Below, piece by piece: positions 8,820 through 16,610 of a DNA stretch of 17,323 bases. Position 1 is the stretch's first letter, and each line of letters begins with the position of its first letter. The translations under genes were made by a program, and so were the position numbers. The notes beneath the pieces were generated by a model that had not been told where the DNA came from, did no database searches, and saw nothing but the letters and a program-made list of their open reading frames with translations. Where the stretch lies: IMG/VR virus record IMGVR_UViG_3300005964_000010, positions 1 through 17,323 of that record; one strand, given 5' to 3'.

Positions 8820-9158
8820 TTAACATAAAGTTACATATGGTAATAAAGTTATTGTATTACCTATACGTCCAATATAATATCTTTGTTCACATGAGCCAAG
8901 ATATTCATCTCTAAATGTTTTACCTTCAACCAACAATTTTAATTGTTTTAACGCTTTTTCTTTTAATGTTTTTGGTTTCTTTTCATGCCTTTTTTGTTCC
9001 CATGCTATTTCTAACTCATACGAAACATCATTATCTGGATCATTATGACTTAGTTCATAGTGAAGATCTAACTCTTCTTGATCTGTAGTTATGAAAGCAC
9101 ATAATTTACAAAAATACAACTTGTTTTGACTTTTAATTTGTCTACTTTGACTTCTCAT
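8820..9158 (-). CDS. C2H2 zinc-finger protein
   Basis: 112 aa, YFCKLCAFITTDQEELDLHYELSH. Minus-strand TTTATATA about 33 bp upstream. Confidence 0.75.
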   Translation of the reverse strand: MRSQSRQIKSQNKLYFCKLCAFITTDQEELDLHYELSHNDPDNDVSYELEIAWEQKRHEKKPKTLKEKALKQLKLLVEGKTFRDEYLGSCEQRYYIGRIGNTITLLPYVTLC

Positions 9159-9235
9159 TCTTTTTCCCTATATACTATTCTCTTTCGAAATATATAAATC
9201 TTTCTATCTAACTCATCATCATATCATAACAATGA

Positions 9236-9264
9236 ATATTCATAATATTATGAATATAGCATGT
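9236..9264. promoter_or_regulatory. Palindromic operator ATATTCATAATATTATGAATAT plus AGCATGT tail, copy 2
   Basis: Perfect 22-bp palindrome at 9236-9257, upstream of the TTTTTATC box of the 122-aa ORF. Confidence 0.65.
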
Positions 9265-9307
9265 GTTTCATGAGAGCTTTTTATCTTCTGAATGAGAAAA
9301 TTTAAAT

Positions 9308-9676
9308 ATGGTCATACAAGATCCTTTTCAAAATATTTTTGGCCCTGTAAGAATTGCAATTGATAAAGTTAGAGAATTAGAAAATAGAGGGCAAATTTAT
9401 GGACTATCAAAATATTTACCAAATTCAATTATAGTTTTAAAAAATTTGGAATTTCCCATGATTGTAGATTTATATATTCCTGGATTTACTTTTTATTTCC
9501 AATTTTTGATCTCAAAAGATCCGAAAACCAATCAAATAGATGTCGGAGACTTCCGAGTTATATATCCTCAGCCTTATGCGAAACAAATTGATTCTGTTTA
9601 CCAAAAATTCAAAAATGAGGAAAATACAAATTTAGATAATTTAGAAGAAGAACTGGAGGAGTTAAAGGATGACTGA
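9308..9676 (+). CDS. Conserved rudiviral protein (probably SIRV2 ORF110-like)
   Basis: 122 aa with acidic tail; core-region synteny; overlaps the next ORF. Confidence 0.75.
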   Translation: MVIQDPFQNIFGPVRIAIDKVRELENRGQIYGLSKYLPNSIIVLKNLEFPMIVDLYIPGFTFYFQFLISKDPKTNQIDVGDFRVIYPQPYAKQIDSVYQKFKNEENTNLDNLEEELEELKDD

Positions 9677-9890
9677 GATATCACTTATTTTCACAATTAT
9701 TTCTACATTCGTAACTACATTATTCGCTATTGTTCAACTTTATTTGAAAATTAAGAATGCATTGAAAGAGGCCGTTAAAGAAATTGTAAATTCAGAATTA
9801 AACAATTTGAGAATTGAAATTGAAGAATTGAAAATAAGTCAGAACGATCTTAAAAAGCAAATTGAAGATATAAAAAAGAAATTAGAATAA
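9669..9890 (+). CDS. Small membrane-anchored coiled-coil protein
   Basis: 73 aa. N-terminal hydrophobic segment followed by heptads. GGAGG Shine-Dalgarno upstream. Confidence 0.75.
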   Translation: MTEISLIFTIISTFVTTLFAIVQLYLKIKNALKEAVKEIVNSELNNLRIEIEELKISQNDLKKQIEDIKKKLE

Positions 9891-10112
9891 TTAACTTTTT
9901 TGTGAAGTTGTATTTTGTCTAATGATTATTGCAATTGTTTTGTCAATTTCATCTATTACGCTTTGAATAATCATTAACATTTCTATTATGTCATGATCAC
10001 TTAATTCTTTATTATCTGAAATTTCGTCCATAATACTTGATATCCATTTCGCCAATATTTTTATTTTTATTAGGTCTACTGTATTTAGCATTTTAATCTC
10101 ATAATCAGTCAT
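9891..10112 (-). CDS. Hypothetical helical protein
   Basis: 73 aa. TTTTTATCTGTCATA promoter-like element at 10117-10131; the start could instead be ATG 10091. Confidence 0.6.
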   Translation of the reverse strand: MTDYEIKMLNTVDLIKIKILAKWISSIMDEISDNKELSDHDIIEMLMIIQSVIDEIDKTIAIIIRQNTTSQKS

Positions 10113-10166
10113 GTATTATGACAGATAAAAAGTATTCGAAAAAAGAAATAATATTTTTAAAAAGAA

Positions 10167-10466
10167 TTATAACTTCTTAATAATTTTCATTACGTTATAT
10201 CTCTGATATTTATTCAGTTTTAAATTTGGATCTTTCAAGATATTTAAGTCGTTAGCCTCCTTGGATAATATCGCTAAATCTCTATAATATATTAATCTCT
10301 TTTTTTCCTGAATATGATAAAACGTTAAATGAATCAGTAGATTTTTAATTTTCATATTACAATAAGGACACCTGTCGTTTTTGAAATGTTTTACGGCATG
10401 TTTTTTAAATTCCCTTCTGCTAAATATTTCCGTTTTGCATAAAAAACAATAATAATGTTTTGACAT
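10167..10466 (-). CDS. Tandem C2H2 zinc-finger protein
   Basis: CFLC..HAVKH and CPYC..HLTFYH. GGTGA Shine-Dalgarno upstream. Confidence 0.8.
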   Translation of the reverse strand: MSKHYYCFLCKTEIFSRREFKKHAVKHFKNDRCPYCNMKIKNLLIHLTFYHIQEKKRLIYYRDLAILSKEANDLNILKDPNLKLNKYQRYNVMKIIKKL

Positions 10467-10595
10467 TTATTCAATCACCTTATATGAAACGCCAAAGTCT
10501 TTACACATCTTAATTATATCTTTCTGCATAGTTCTATCTGATTTTTCAACATGAAATCTTGCCATACCTTCACACTCAATTATTACCTCTTCCAT
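10467..10595 (-). CDS. 42-aa hypothetical protein (not in ORF track)
   Basis: MEEVIIECEGMARFHVEKSDRTMQKDIIKMCKDFGVSYKVIE*. Promoter AAATATATGTATGTCATA about 27 bp upstream; stop abuts the next ATG. Confidence 0.65.
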   Translation of the reverse strand: MEEVIIECEGMARFHVEKSDRTMQKDIIKMCKDFGVSYKVIE

Positions 10596-10645
10596 GATCT
10601 CACAATATTTTTATATATTATGACATACATATATTTTTCGATTTA

Positions 10646-10909
10646 TTAGTCTTTGTCATTTGGAACAATTAAATAGTAATAATTTTTATCTTTCTCAATA
10701 AATTTAGCTTTAAATTTTGAATTTTTAATAGTTGGTGACGAAAAGAAACCTTTTGATATTCTTTCAGTATGAAAATGTTCACATGACTGAAAACTTTTAA
10801 TTGTATTATTTTCAATTTCTACTAACATTGTATTACATATAAAACAAAAATATTGAATGTTTATTCCATTTTTTATTTCAATTAACCTAGATTCATCCAT
10901 ATTAATCAT
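10646..10909 (-). CDS. Small putative Zn-binding protein (CxxC...CxH)
   Basis: 87 aa, YFCFICN...SCEHF. Immediately downstream of the glycosyltransferase. Confidence 0.7.
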   Translation of the reverse strand: MINMDESRLIEIKNGINIQYFCFICNTMLVEIENNTIKSFQSCEHFHTERISKGFFSSPTIKNSKFKAKFIEKDKNYYYLIVPNDKD

Positions 10910-10910
10910 C

Positions 10911-11918
10911 TCATTCTAAAAATCTAGTATATAAATTTTCAATATCATATCTTTTAGCCAATTCTCTTAAATTCCTACTTCTTTCATCTCTATCTTTTAA
11001 TTCACTTGCTATCATAATTGCATTTATCATATCTTGAATGTCAAATTTGTAAATTTTCCATTTTTGACCATGAGTTATGTCATAATATTCTTCAATTTTT
11101 GAAGACTTAATCAATAAATTCCATTGCCAACTAGTAAATTCATCAAATGGGGGCATAAGTTGATGAATGACTGGAGTTCCCATGGCCATGCTTTCTAGAA
11201 CTGGCATTCCAAATCCCTCAGTTCCTGAGGGAACAATTACAAAATCCATAGTTTTGTAAAATGAATATATATATTCTCTAGGATTTAGTCCAAATTCACT
11301 AACAAAGTGTACATTTTGTGGAACTTCATAATTTTTAAAATCTTTGTGAGAAATAACGAAAAAGTGAACTTTTTTGGCCAATTCTGGAATTTTAGTATTT
11401 ATCTCCTGAAAAACTTTCAACATCAAATCCATGTTTTTTCTTTTTGTTAGGCCAGAAACTATGCCAAATTTTATAGAATTTGGAAAATCTTTGTCCAATT
11501 TTTCTTTCATCTGAATTGATAATTTATCAGCTTTTTCTACGGTTTCAAAATTTATACCGTGGAAAACTGGAAGATCAACTTGTAGATCGACTTGCTGAAG
11601 ATTCTGAGCCGTGAACTTTGAATTTGGAATGAATGTTATATTTTCTAATAAGTACTTATTTACAATTTCTAAATTTGGTATGCCGTCACAAGTAGTATAA
11701 AAGTACTTCTTTCCTTTAAATTCTCTAAAAGTATATAAGTAGGGATTTAAAGAAGGGGGATGAAACGGCATGAAAATTATTAATTTATCAGATTGTGGAA
11801 TTAAATACGGATTTGTTGAGATTGTGACAATTTCACCATTTTTTCGTAAAACTTGGGCTATATCATCCGAAACATTCCTAATTGAAGAATAATTCATGGT
11901 CAAAATTACGGTTTTCAT
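10911..11918 (-). CDS. GT-B / GT4 glycosyltransferase (SIRV ORF335-like)
   Basis: 335 aa with RKN and PSGTEGFGMPVLESMAMGTPVI (EX7E) signature. Confidence 0.93.
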   Translation of the reverse strand: MKTVILTMNYSSIRNVSDDIAQVLRKNGEIVTISTNPYLIPQSDKLIIFMPFHPPSLNPYLYTFREFKGKKYFYTTCDGIPNLEIVNKYLLENITFIPNSKFTAQNLQQVDLQVDLPVFHGINFETVEKADKLSIQMKEKLDKDFPNSIKFGIVSGLTKRKNMDLMLKVFQEINTKIPELAKKVHFFVISHKDFKNYEVPQNVHFVSEFGLNPREYIYSFYKTMDFVIVPSGTEGFGMPVLESMAMGTPVIHQLMPPFDEFTSWQWNLLIKSSKIEEYYDITHGQKWKIYKFDIQDMINAIMIASELKDRDERSRNLRELAKRYDIENLYTRFLE

Positions 11919-11924
11919 ATTAAG

Positions 11925-11950
11925 CTTTTTAACGTCATGACATTAAAAAG
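11925..11950. promoter_or_regulatory. Palindromic bidirectional TATA+GTC promoter
   Basis: CTTTTTAA-C-GTCATGAC-A-TTAAAAAG, 26 bp with one mismatched pair, centred between ATG 11918 (-) and ATG 11955 (+). Confidence 0.65.
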
Positions 11951-11954
11951 TGTC

Positions 11955-12119
11955 ATGGGTCTAATGCTTTACGAATGTCCAGTTTGTCATTATATCTCAA
12001 GAAGTAGAAAAAGTATGGCAACACATATAAAAATGTATCACAAAGGCGTCAAAATGAGGGATGTAAAGAGGATAAATCCAAATACACTTGAATATGTAGA
12101 AACAAAATATGAAGAATAG
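11955..12119 (+). CDS. Small C2H2 zinc-finger protein (SIRV ORF55-like)
   Basis: YECPVCHYISRSRKSMATHIKMYH. ATG 11955 preferred because ATG 11937 lies inside the promoter palindrome. Confidence 0.8.
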   Translation: MGLMLYECPVCHYISRSRKSMATHIKMYHKGVKMRDVKRINPNTLEYVETKYEE

Positions 12120-12133
12120 AAAAAAAGAAAAAT
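12120..12133 (-). terminator. T-rich archaeal terminator after major capsid gene
   Basis: Minus-strand oligo-T tract (TTTTCTTTTTT) about 20-35 nt after the MCP stop. Confidence 0.4.
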
Positions 12134-12153
12134 AAATAGCTTAAACGAATTAA

Positions 12154-12558
12154 TCAGCTTACATATCCAGTTGGCGATCCAGTTATTATATTAGTTACTG
12201 CATCTAATACAGTTGGATTTGCATTAAACGCAGAGATATAATATGCCTTCAATCCGTTAATCATATTTGCTAATGCGGGCCCACTTCCAATCCTATTAAG
12301 TGCCCTAGCTACCTTAAGCCCAAAGCCTTGATATATTGTCCTATTAGGCCCTGTTATTCCATACTGGCTTAAAACTGCTGATACTTGTTCATTCACAGCA
12401 GTGAATTTTGGAGAATGAGTTTGGAAATTTTGCTGTGCAATTGGTGCGACATTAGACAATACAGTAGATGCCACGGTAGGATTTGAAAATGAGGTAAATT
12501 TTGCATTCCATTTAGCATATCTTTGTGAATAGGATCTTGGTGTATGACCTCTTGCCAT
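12154..12558 (-). CDS. Major capsid protein (rudivirus ORF134)
   Basis: 134 aa MARGHTPRSYSQRYAKW...YQGFGLKVARALNRIGSGPAL...ITGSPTGYVS, the characteristic SIRV2-fold MCP. Confidence 0.97.
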   Translation of the reverse strand: MARGHTPRSYSQRYAKWNAKFTSFSNPTVASTVLSNVAPIAQQNFQTHSPKFTAVNEQVSAVLSQYGITGPNRTIYQGFGLKVARALNRIGSGPALANMINGLKAYYISAFNANPTVLDAVTNIITGSPTGYVS

Positions 12559-12659
12559 TTTTGGTCAATTTAATCTACACAATTTGATATTTTAAATATT
12601 CACGCCTTATAATAAATATGATGAATATTTATTGTCGTCATTGATCTTTCACTAAGAAA

Positions 12660-12688
12660 ACATGCTATATTCATAATATTATGTATAT
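12660..12688. promoter_or_regulatory. Palindromic operator copy 3 (inverted), midway between MCP and the divergent 99-aa ORF
   Basis: ACATGCT-ATATTCATAATATTATGTATAT is the reverse complement of copy 2 with one mismatch. Confidence 0.65.
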
Positions 12689-12794
12689 GACTAGTTTGCA
12701 ATTTGACTCTTACTTCCCATATAAAATACAGTATTAGACACTATATCTAAAACATGAAAAAAGTATTTAATTGACATATTGCTAAATCTGTAAT

Positions 12795-13094
12795 ATGGAT
12801 GAGATTGTTAAATACGAATGTATAAAATATACAACTCAGCTATTTGAATGGTTAAAAATACGTTACCCTAACAATCTTTATGATTATTTAGTTTTGGAAG
12901 ATAAGAATTTAGTAACTATCAAAATTATAATGAATGTTTCAATAAAATTTTACGAAAAAAAGGGAATCGGAATTCTGAGATATATACTAAAGACTTTCCG
13001 ATATCCACAATTTATATCCATAAATTGGAGATATAACAGAAATATGTTTAATATTGTAGTTTTTTGTGGTAAACCAAAATCTGAAACTTCTTAA
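12795..13094 (+). CDS. Conserved-looking rudiviral hypothetical protein
   Basis: 99 aa. TATTTAAT box about 25 bp upstream; divergent from MCP. Confidence 0.7.
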   Translation: MDEIVKYECIKYTTQLFEWLKIRYPNNLYDYLVLEDKNLVTIKIIMNVSIKFYEKKGIGILRYILKTFRYPQFISINWRYNRNMFNIVVFCGKPKSETS

Positions 13095-13150
13095 TTAGAA
13101 ATTAAGGATGAGGAAAACTTTTTTAAGTGTTTAATAACAAATATTCATAC

Positions 13151-13297
13151 ATGAGAATTGAAGAAAAAGACGGTGAAGGTTACTTAGTGATTGAAAGTAA
13201 AGAAGATTTAGAAGAATTTAGAAAAATGTTAATTGAGGCTTATTATGAGCTAAATCCTGACCACAAACGTTCTTATGAAACTCAATCTTCTAAATGA
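13151..13297 (+). CDS. 48-aa acidic hypothetical protein (not in ORF track)
   Basis: MRIEEKDGEGYLVIESKEDLEEFRKMLIEAYYELNPDHKRSYETQSSK*. Purine-rich BRE-like GGAAAA plus TTTTTTAAG about 25-30 bp upstream. Confidence 0.7.
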   Translation: MRIEEKDGEGYLVIESKEDLEEFRKMLIEAYYELNPDHKRSYETQSSK

Positions 13298-13310
13298 CTT
13301 AAAACACATG

Positions 13311-13330
13311 CTTATAAATTTGTCAGATAA
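13311..13330 (+). repeat. 20-bp direct repeat, left copy (TATA+GTC promoter)
   Basis: CTTATAAATTTGTCAGATAA, identical to 14295-14314. Confidence 0.85.
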
Positions 13331-13374
13331 CTTAAAAGTTTTAAGAACATAATGTCTAAGGGGGATATTGATTT

Positions 13375-14301
13375 ATGAAAATTATATTTGGAGATTCTAG
13401 AAATATGAAAGAAGTTGAAAATAACAGTATAGGTTTAGTTCTTACTTCTCCGCCTTATTATAATGCACCATATGATTTTCCGGACCTTTTTCCTTCTTAT
13501 AACGATTACTTGAATATGATAAATGAAGTAGGCAAGGAAATTTTCAGAGTTTTAGAAGACGGCAGAATTTCAGTTTTCGTTATAGGAGATGTTAGAATTG
13601 ACGGTGAACTTTATCCTATAACTGCAGATTTAATAAAAATAATGCTAAACTTAGGTTTTAAATATCAAGAAAGAATCATTTGGAAAAAACCAGAAATTTA
13701 TATCAAAATTAGTAGAAGAAGTGGGGTCCTTATTCAACATCCTTATCCTCTTTATTATTATCCGGATAATATTTATGAAGAAATTGTAGTTTTTAAGAAA
13801 CCAGGAAAATTTATTCCTAGGAATAAGGAAGAAAGTAAAATAGATATAAATAAATTTCAAAGAGAAAAATGGTATTTGAGCATGTGGGAAATAACTAATG
13901 TATTACCTCAAGATAAATATTCAAAATATACAGCACCATTTCCAGAAGAGCTAGCTAGAAGAATTATTACACTTTATTCTTATGTAGGTGATACGGTTCT
14001 AGATCCTTTTTCTGGATCTGGTACTACATTAAAGGTCGCTAATGAATTAAAAAGAAATGCTATAGGTTATGAAATTGATTTAGAACTAAAAGATATAATC
14101 TTAGAAAGAATTGGAATTAATACGCTTTTCGGAAAAACACAGATAGAGATAATTGAAAGAGAAGATGCTAAAAAATTAAGGTCCATATTAAGTGAAAAAA
14201 TTGAGGAAAAAATACAGATGAAGAAGTCGAAAAAACAGAAAGATCCAGAAACGGAGAAAAATCAATCATCATTACAAGATTGGTCCATTAGTAACTTATA
14301 A
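13375..14301 (+). CDS. Orphan beta-class N4-cytosine/N6-adenine DNA methyltransferase
   Basis: N-terminal GDS..TSPPY (motif IV), IIWKK, APFPEELARRII, and C-terminal VLDPFSGSGTT (motif I) and IGYEI. SPPY suggests m4C. Confidence 0.92.
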   Translation: MKIIFGDSRNMKEVENNSIGLVLTSPPYYNAPYDFPDLFPSYNDYLNMINEVGKEIFRVLEDGRISVFVIGDVRIDGELYPITADLIKIMLNLGFKYQERIIWKKPEIYIKISRRSGVLIQHPYPLYYYPDNIYEEIVVFKKPGKFIPRNKEESKIDINKFQREKWYLSMWEITNVLPQDKYSKYTAPFPEELARRIITLYSYVGDTVLDPFSGSGTTLKVANELKRNAIGYEIDLELKDIILERIGINTLFGKTQIEIIEREDAKKLRSILSEKIEEKIQMKKSKKQKDPETEKNQSSLQDWSISNL

Positions 14302-14314
14302 ATTTGTCAGATAA
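14295..14314 (+). repeat. 20-bp direct repeat, right copy (TATA+GTC promoter), overlapping MTase stop codon
   Basis: CTTATAAATTTGTCAGATAA, identical to 13311-13330. Confidence 0.85.
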
Positions 14315-14336
14315 AGAAAAATAAAAATGACAAAAT

Positions 14337-14612
14337 ATGGATAGAGATTTTTGGAGAATATTAGTCTTCTTAGTTTTTCTATTTTTTACGTTTTTAGCTT
14401 TGATAATTTTATCATTAGGAATTCTAACAAAAAATATGTTAGAAATTATAATAATAGTAATTTTTGCATCTGGAATTTTTGCATTTTTATATACTGTAAT
14501 TTATGATACTTTTGCTGATATTTATGATGAAATTGATGAACTTAAACTAGAAATTGAAAGATTGAAAAGAGAGAGAAGACAAGATATATATATGTCAGAA
14601 AATGAAAAGTAA
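14337..14612 (+). CDS. Small membrane protein (2 TM helices plus C-terminal coiled coil)
   Basis: 91 aa. Two hydrophobic stretches, then IYDEIDELKLEIERLKRE. Confidence 0.75.
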   Translation: MDRDFWRILVFLVFLFFTFLALIILSLGILTKNMLEIIIIVIFASGIFAFLYTVIYDTFADIYDEIDELKLEIERLKRERRQDIYMSENEK

Positions 14613-14614
14613 AG

Positions 14615-14785
14615 ATGAGACGGAAAAACATGACTTTTAAAACCGAATGTGATAAAAGTACAATTAGATGCAATGGTGAAGATTGCTATATATTATGTTA
14701 TGGTCACTGGGTAAAATTCATTCCAACATATCCCCCTGTCAATGATGTTATATTACTTGATGAAGGGTTAGATTTACGTGGCTAA
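14615..14785 (+). CDS. Small Cys-rich protein (56 aa, or 51 aa from ATG 14630; not in ORF track)
   Basis: MRRKNMTFKTECDKSTIRCNGEDCYILCYGHWVKFIPTYPPVNDVILLDEGLDLRG*. Own promoter GATATATATATGTCAGA at 14583-14599. Confidence 0.6.
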   Translation: MRRKNMTFKTECDKSTIRCNGEDCYILCYGHWVKFIPTYPPVNDVILLDEGLDLRG

Positions 14786-14948
14786 GAAAAACAAAATACG
14801 GTTTACTGAAAGAAAATTTAAAATAATAATGTTTTTTTATACTACATTAGATATTTTTCTACTCACACTTATATTTTTAACAATAATTCATGCTTTAAAA
14901 TAACTAGAAATATATACGTCATATTTTAAGTCGAAAAAAAGATCAAAC

Positions 14949-15473
14949 ATGATTTTAAGCGATAGAGATCTAAAGTATTATCTTGAAAAAGGCCTAATTT
15001 TTATTAGACCTTTTTCAGGTGAAATTATAAGAGAAAACGGAATAGATTTAAGAATTGGCCCACAATTTGCCAGATTAACAAAAACTGATAAAGTTTTTGA
15101 AACTGGTAAAAATGTTGAAGATTTCTATACTGTCACAAATTCTAATCATTTTATAGTTTTTCCACATGAACATGTATTAATGACAACTATGGAATATATA
15201 GAATTACCAAATGATGTAATGGCATTTGTAAATTTACGTTCAACTTTCGCAAGACTTGGCCTATTTATTCCACCGACAATTGTAGATGCAGGATTTAGAG
15301 GACAATTAACTATAGAAATTGTAGGCTCAGAATTTCCAATAAAACTTGAAACTGGACAAAGATTTCTACATTTAATTTTTGCCAAGACACTAACGCCAGT
15401 TGAAAATCCATATCATGGCAAATATCAATACCAAAATAATGTAACATTGCCAAAATTTGAAAATAAAGTTTAA
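14949..15473 (+). CDS. dUTPase / dCTP deaminase family protein
   Basis: 174 aa with [34 protein letters not shown] and YHGKYQ. Rudiviruses encode a dUTPase of this family. Confidence 0.92.
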   Translation: MILSDRDLKYYLEKGLIFIRPFSGEIIRENGIDLRIGPQFARLTKTDKVFETGKNVEDFYTVTNSNHFIVFPHEHVLMTTMEYIELPNDVMAFVNLRSTFARLGLFIPPTIVDAGFRGQLTIEIVGSEFPIKLETGQRFLHLIFAKTLTPVENPYHGKYQYQNNVTLPKFENKV

Positions 15474-15498
15474 TAAAAAAAGATATATTAACTTATTT

Positions 15499-15657
15499 TT
15501 AACTATTATACATTGCCTTAGTTACTCTCGAATAAAGTTTTAGATATTCGCTAATAGCCTGTCTGATCACTTGAGCTCTATAAAGATCATGTTTTTCAGC
15601 ATATTCATCCAGTTCTCTTAAAACTTCATCTGGAATTTTTATAGTTATTGTTTTCAT
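15499..15657 (-). CDS. Ribbon-helix-helix (CopG-like) protein, 52 aa (not in ORF track)
   Basis: MKTITIKIPDEVLRELDEYAEKHDLYRAQVIRQAISEYLKLYSRVTKAMYNS*. ATGA overlap with the upstream RHH gene; GGGGAG Shine-Dalgarno. Confidence 0.85.
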   Translation of the reverse strand: MKTITIKIPDEVLRELDEYAEKHDLYRAQVIRQAISEYLKLYSRVTKAMYNS

Positions 15658-15815
15658 TTAACTCCCCTCTTTTGAAGATATTCAACAATTGCCTCTTCGA
15701 TTGCCTCGGTTAATGTTTTATCGCTCTCAACACAATATTTCTTTAATTTCATTTTTAGGTCTTTATTTATATTAATTCCAAAAACTACTTTTTGACTTTT
15801 CATCTTTTCTGCCAT
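15654..15815 (-). CDS. svtR: SvtR-like RHH transcriptional regulator, 53 aa (not in ORF track)
   Basis: MAEKMKSQKVVFGININKDLKMKLKKYCVESDKTLTEAIEEAIVEYLQKRGVK*, matching the SIRV1 ORF56b pattern VFGI..KDLK..LK.YC....LT.AIEEAI.EYLQKR. Confidence 0.88.
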   Translation of the reverse strand: MAEKMKSQKVVFGININKDLKMKLKKYCVESDKTLTEAIEEAIVEYLQKRGVK

Positions 15816-15840
15816 TTTTCCTCATTCATCAAATGCATAT

Positions 15841-15860
15841 TATGACATATTTATATATTT
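15841..15860 (-). promoter_or_regulatory. TATA+GTC promoter of svtR-like gene
   Basis: AAATATATAAATATGTCATA on the minus strand; exact inverted copy at 16956-16975. Confidence 0.7.
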
Positions 15861-15913
15861 TGATTTTTTGAGAAAAGTTTATTATTGACCATATTCCTAA
15901 AAATAGAATTAGT

Positions 15914-16210
15914 ATGACGCTAAGCACAATAGTACTAGAAGGATTTCTAACATTGATGGGCGTTCTAATTGCCTCATATGTAGTTGGCGAAGTTGTACAT
16001 CTTTTCAATCAAAAGCAAAATAATGAAACTTTCCAAAATGCAATAAATGAAATGACAAAATCTACAATTTCAGCTGTCGAAAGTATAAAAGATACTACAA
16101 CACTTGCCGTTAATGCACTCCTGAATATGGATACATTAAGGGATGTAAATTCATTAGCACAGAAAAAAGTTGAACAACATCAAAATCAGCAAACTCAACA
16201 AACTAAATAA
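15914..16210 (+). CDS. Virus-associated pyramid (egress) protein PVAP, SIRV2 P98 / STIV C92 family
   Basis: 98 aa. N-terminal TM helix, GEVVHLFNQKQ, and ESIKDTT...NALLNMDTLRDVNSLA. Confidence 0.93.
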   Translation: MTLSTIVLEGFLTLMGVLIASYVVGEVVHLFNQKQNNETFQNAINEMTKSTISAVESIKDTTTLAVNALLNMDTLRDVNSLAQKKVEQHQNQQTQQTK

Positions 16211-16211
16211 T

Positions 16212-16580
16212 TTAAGTAATTTTGCTTTTTAACATATAAGTAAAAACTTTTTTTATGTCACTTTTTGTTTTCGGAACTAATTGAATTCTAATATCTGAAT
16301 GTTTCGGCATTTTCTCATGAACTCTAGAATAATTCAATTTCTTATTAGTGAAATATAAAATATGATAATGTAATCCATGAGTTCTTGTGGTATATTCCTT
16401 AACTGAAAACATATGTGAATTTTTATCATGTCCATAAGCATAATTTTTAAATTTCTGAAAAATTGTTGTAGTTGAATAGTAACGGTAATTAGTGGCAATC
16501 GTGACAAAATAAGTGTAAGCGTAAAGAAAGTGAAAGTTAAAAACTTTTTCATAGTCCATAGTCAGATGAAAACCTGACAT
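16212..16580 (-). CDS. rep: HUH endonuclease Rep (SIRV ORF119-like); start may be ATG 16559
   Basis: Motif I FVTI, motif II GLHYHIL and motif III YMLK. TTTAAATGTC promoter overlaps ATG 16580. Confidence 0.92.
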   Translation of the reverse strand: MSGFHLTMDYEKVFNFHFLYAYTYFVTIATNYRYYSTTTIFQKFKNYAYGHDKNSHMFSVKEYTTRTHGLHYHILYFTNKKLNYSRVHEKMPKHSDIRIQLVPKTKSDIKKVFTYMLKSKIT

Positions 16581-16610
16581 TTAAATGTATATGGAACGTT
16601 TATATGTTAG

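Noticed and set aside
13651-13860. 69-aa minus-strand ORF
   Set aside because: Antisense within the methyltransferase.
6124-14568. ATTGAAAG octamers resembling CRISPR repeat 3' ends, and near-identical GAAATTGAAAGATT at ~6124 and ~14550
   Set aside because: The copies I checked lie in coding sequence (IE-R/S codons, EIERLK coiled coils) with no upstream repeat similarity, so they are not evidence of CRISPR or RNA anti-CRISPR.
13095-14800. Complete restriction-modification system around the MTase
   Set aside because: No neighbouring ORF has the size or motifs of an endonuclease.
15146-15385. 79-aa minus-strand ORF
   Set aside because: Antisense within the dUTPase gene.
16334-16552. 72-aa same-strand alternative-frame ORF inside rep
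   Set aside because: Fully nested in the HUH Rep frame with no independent support.
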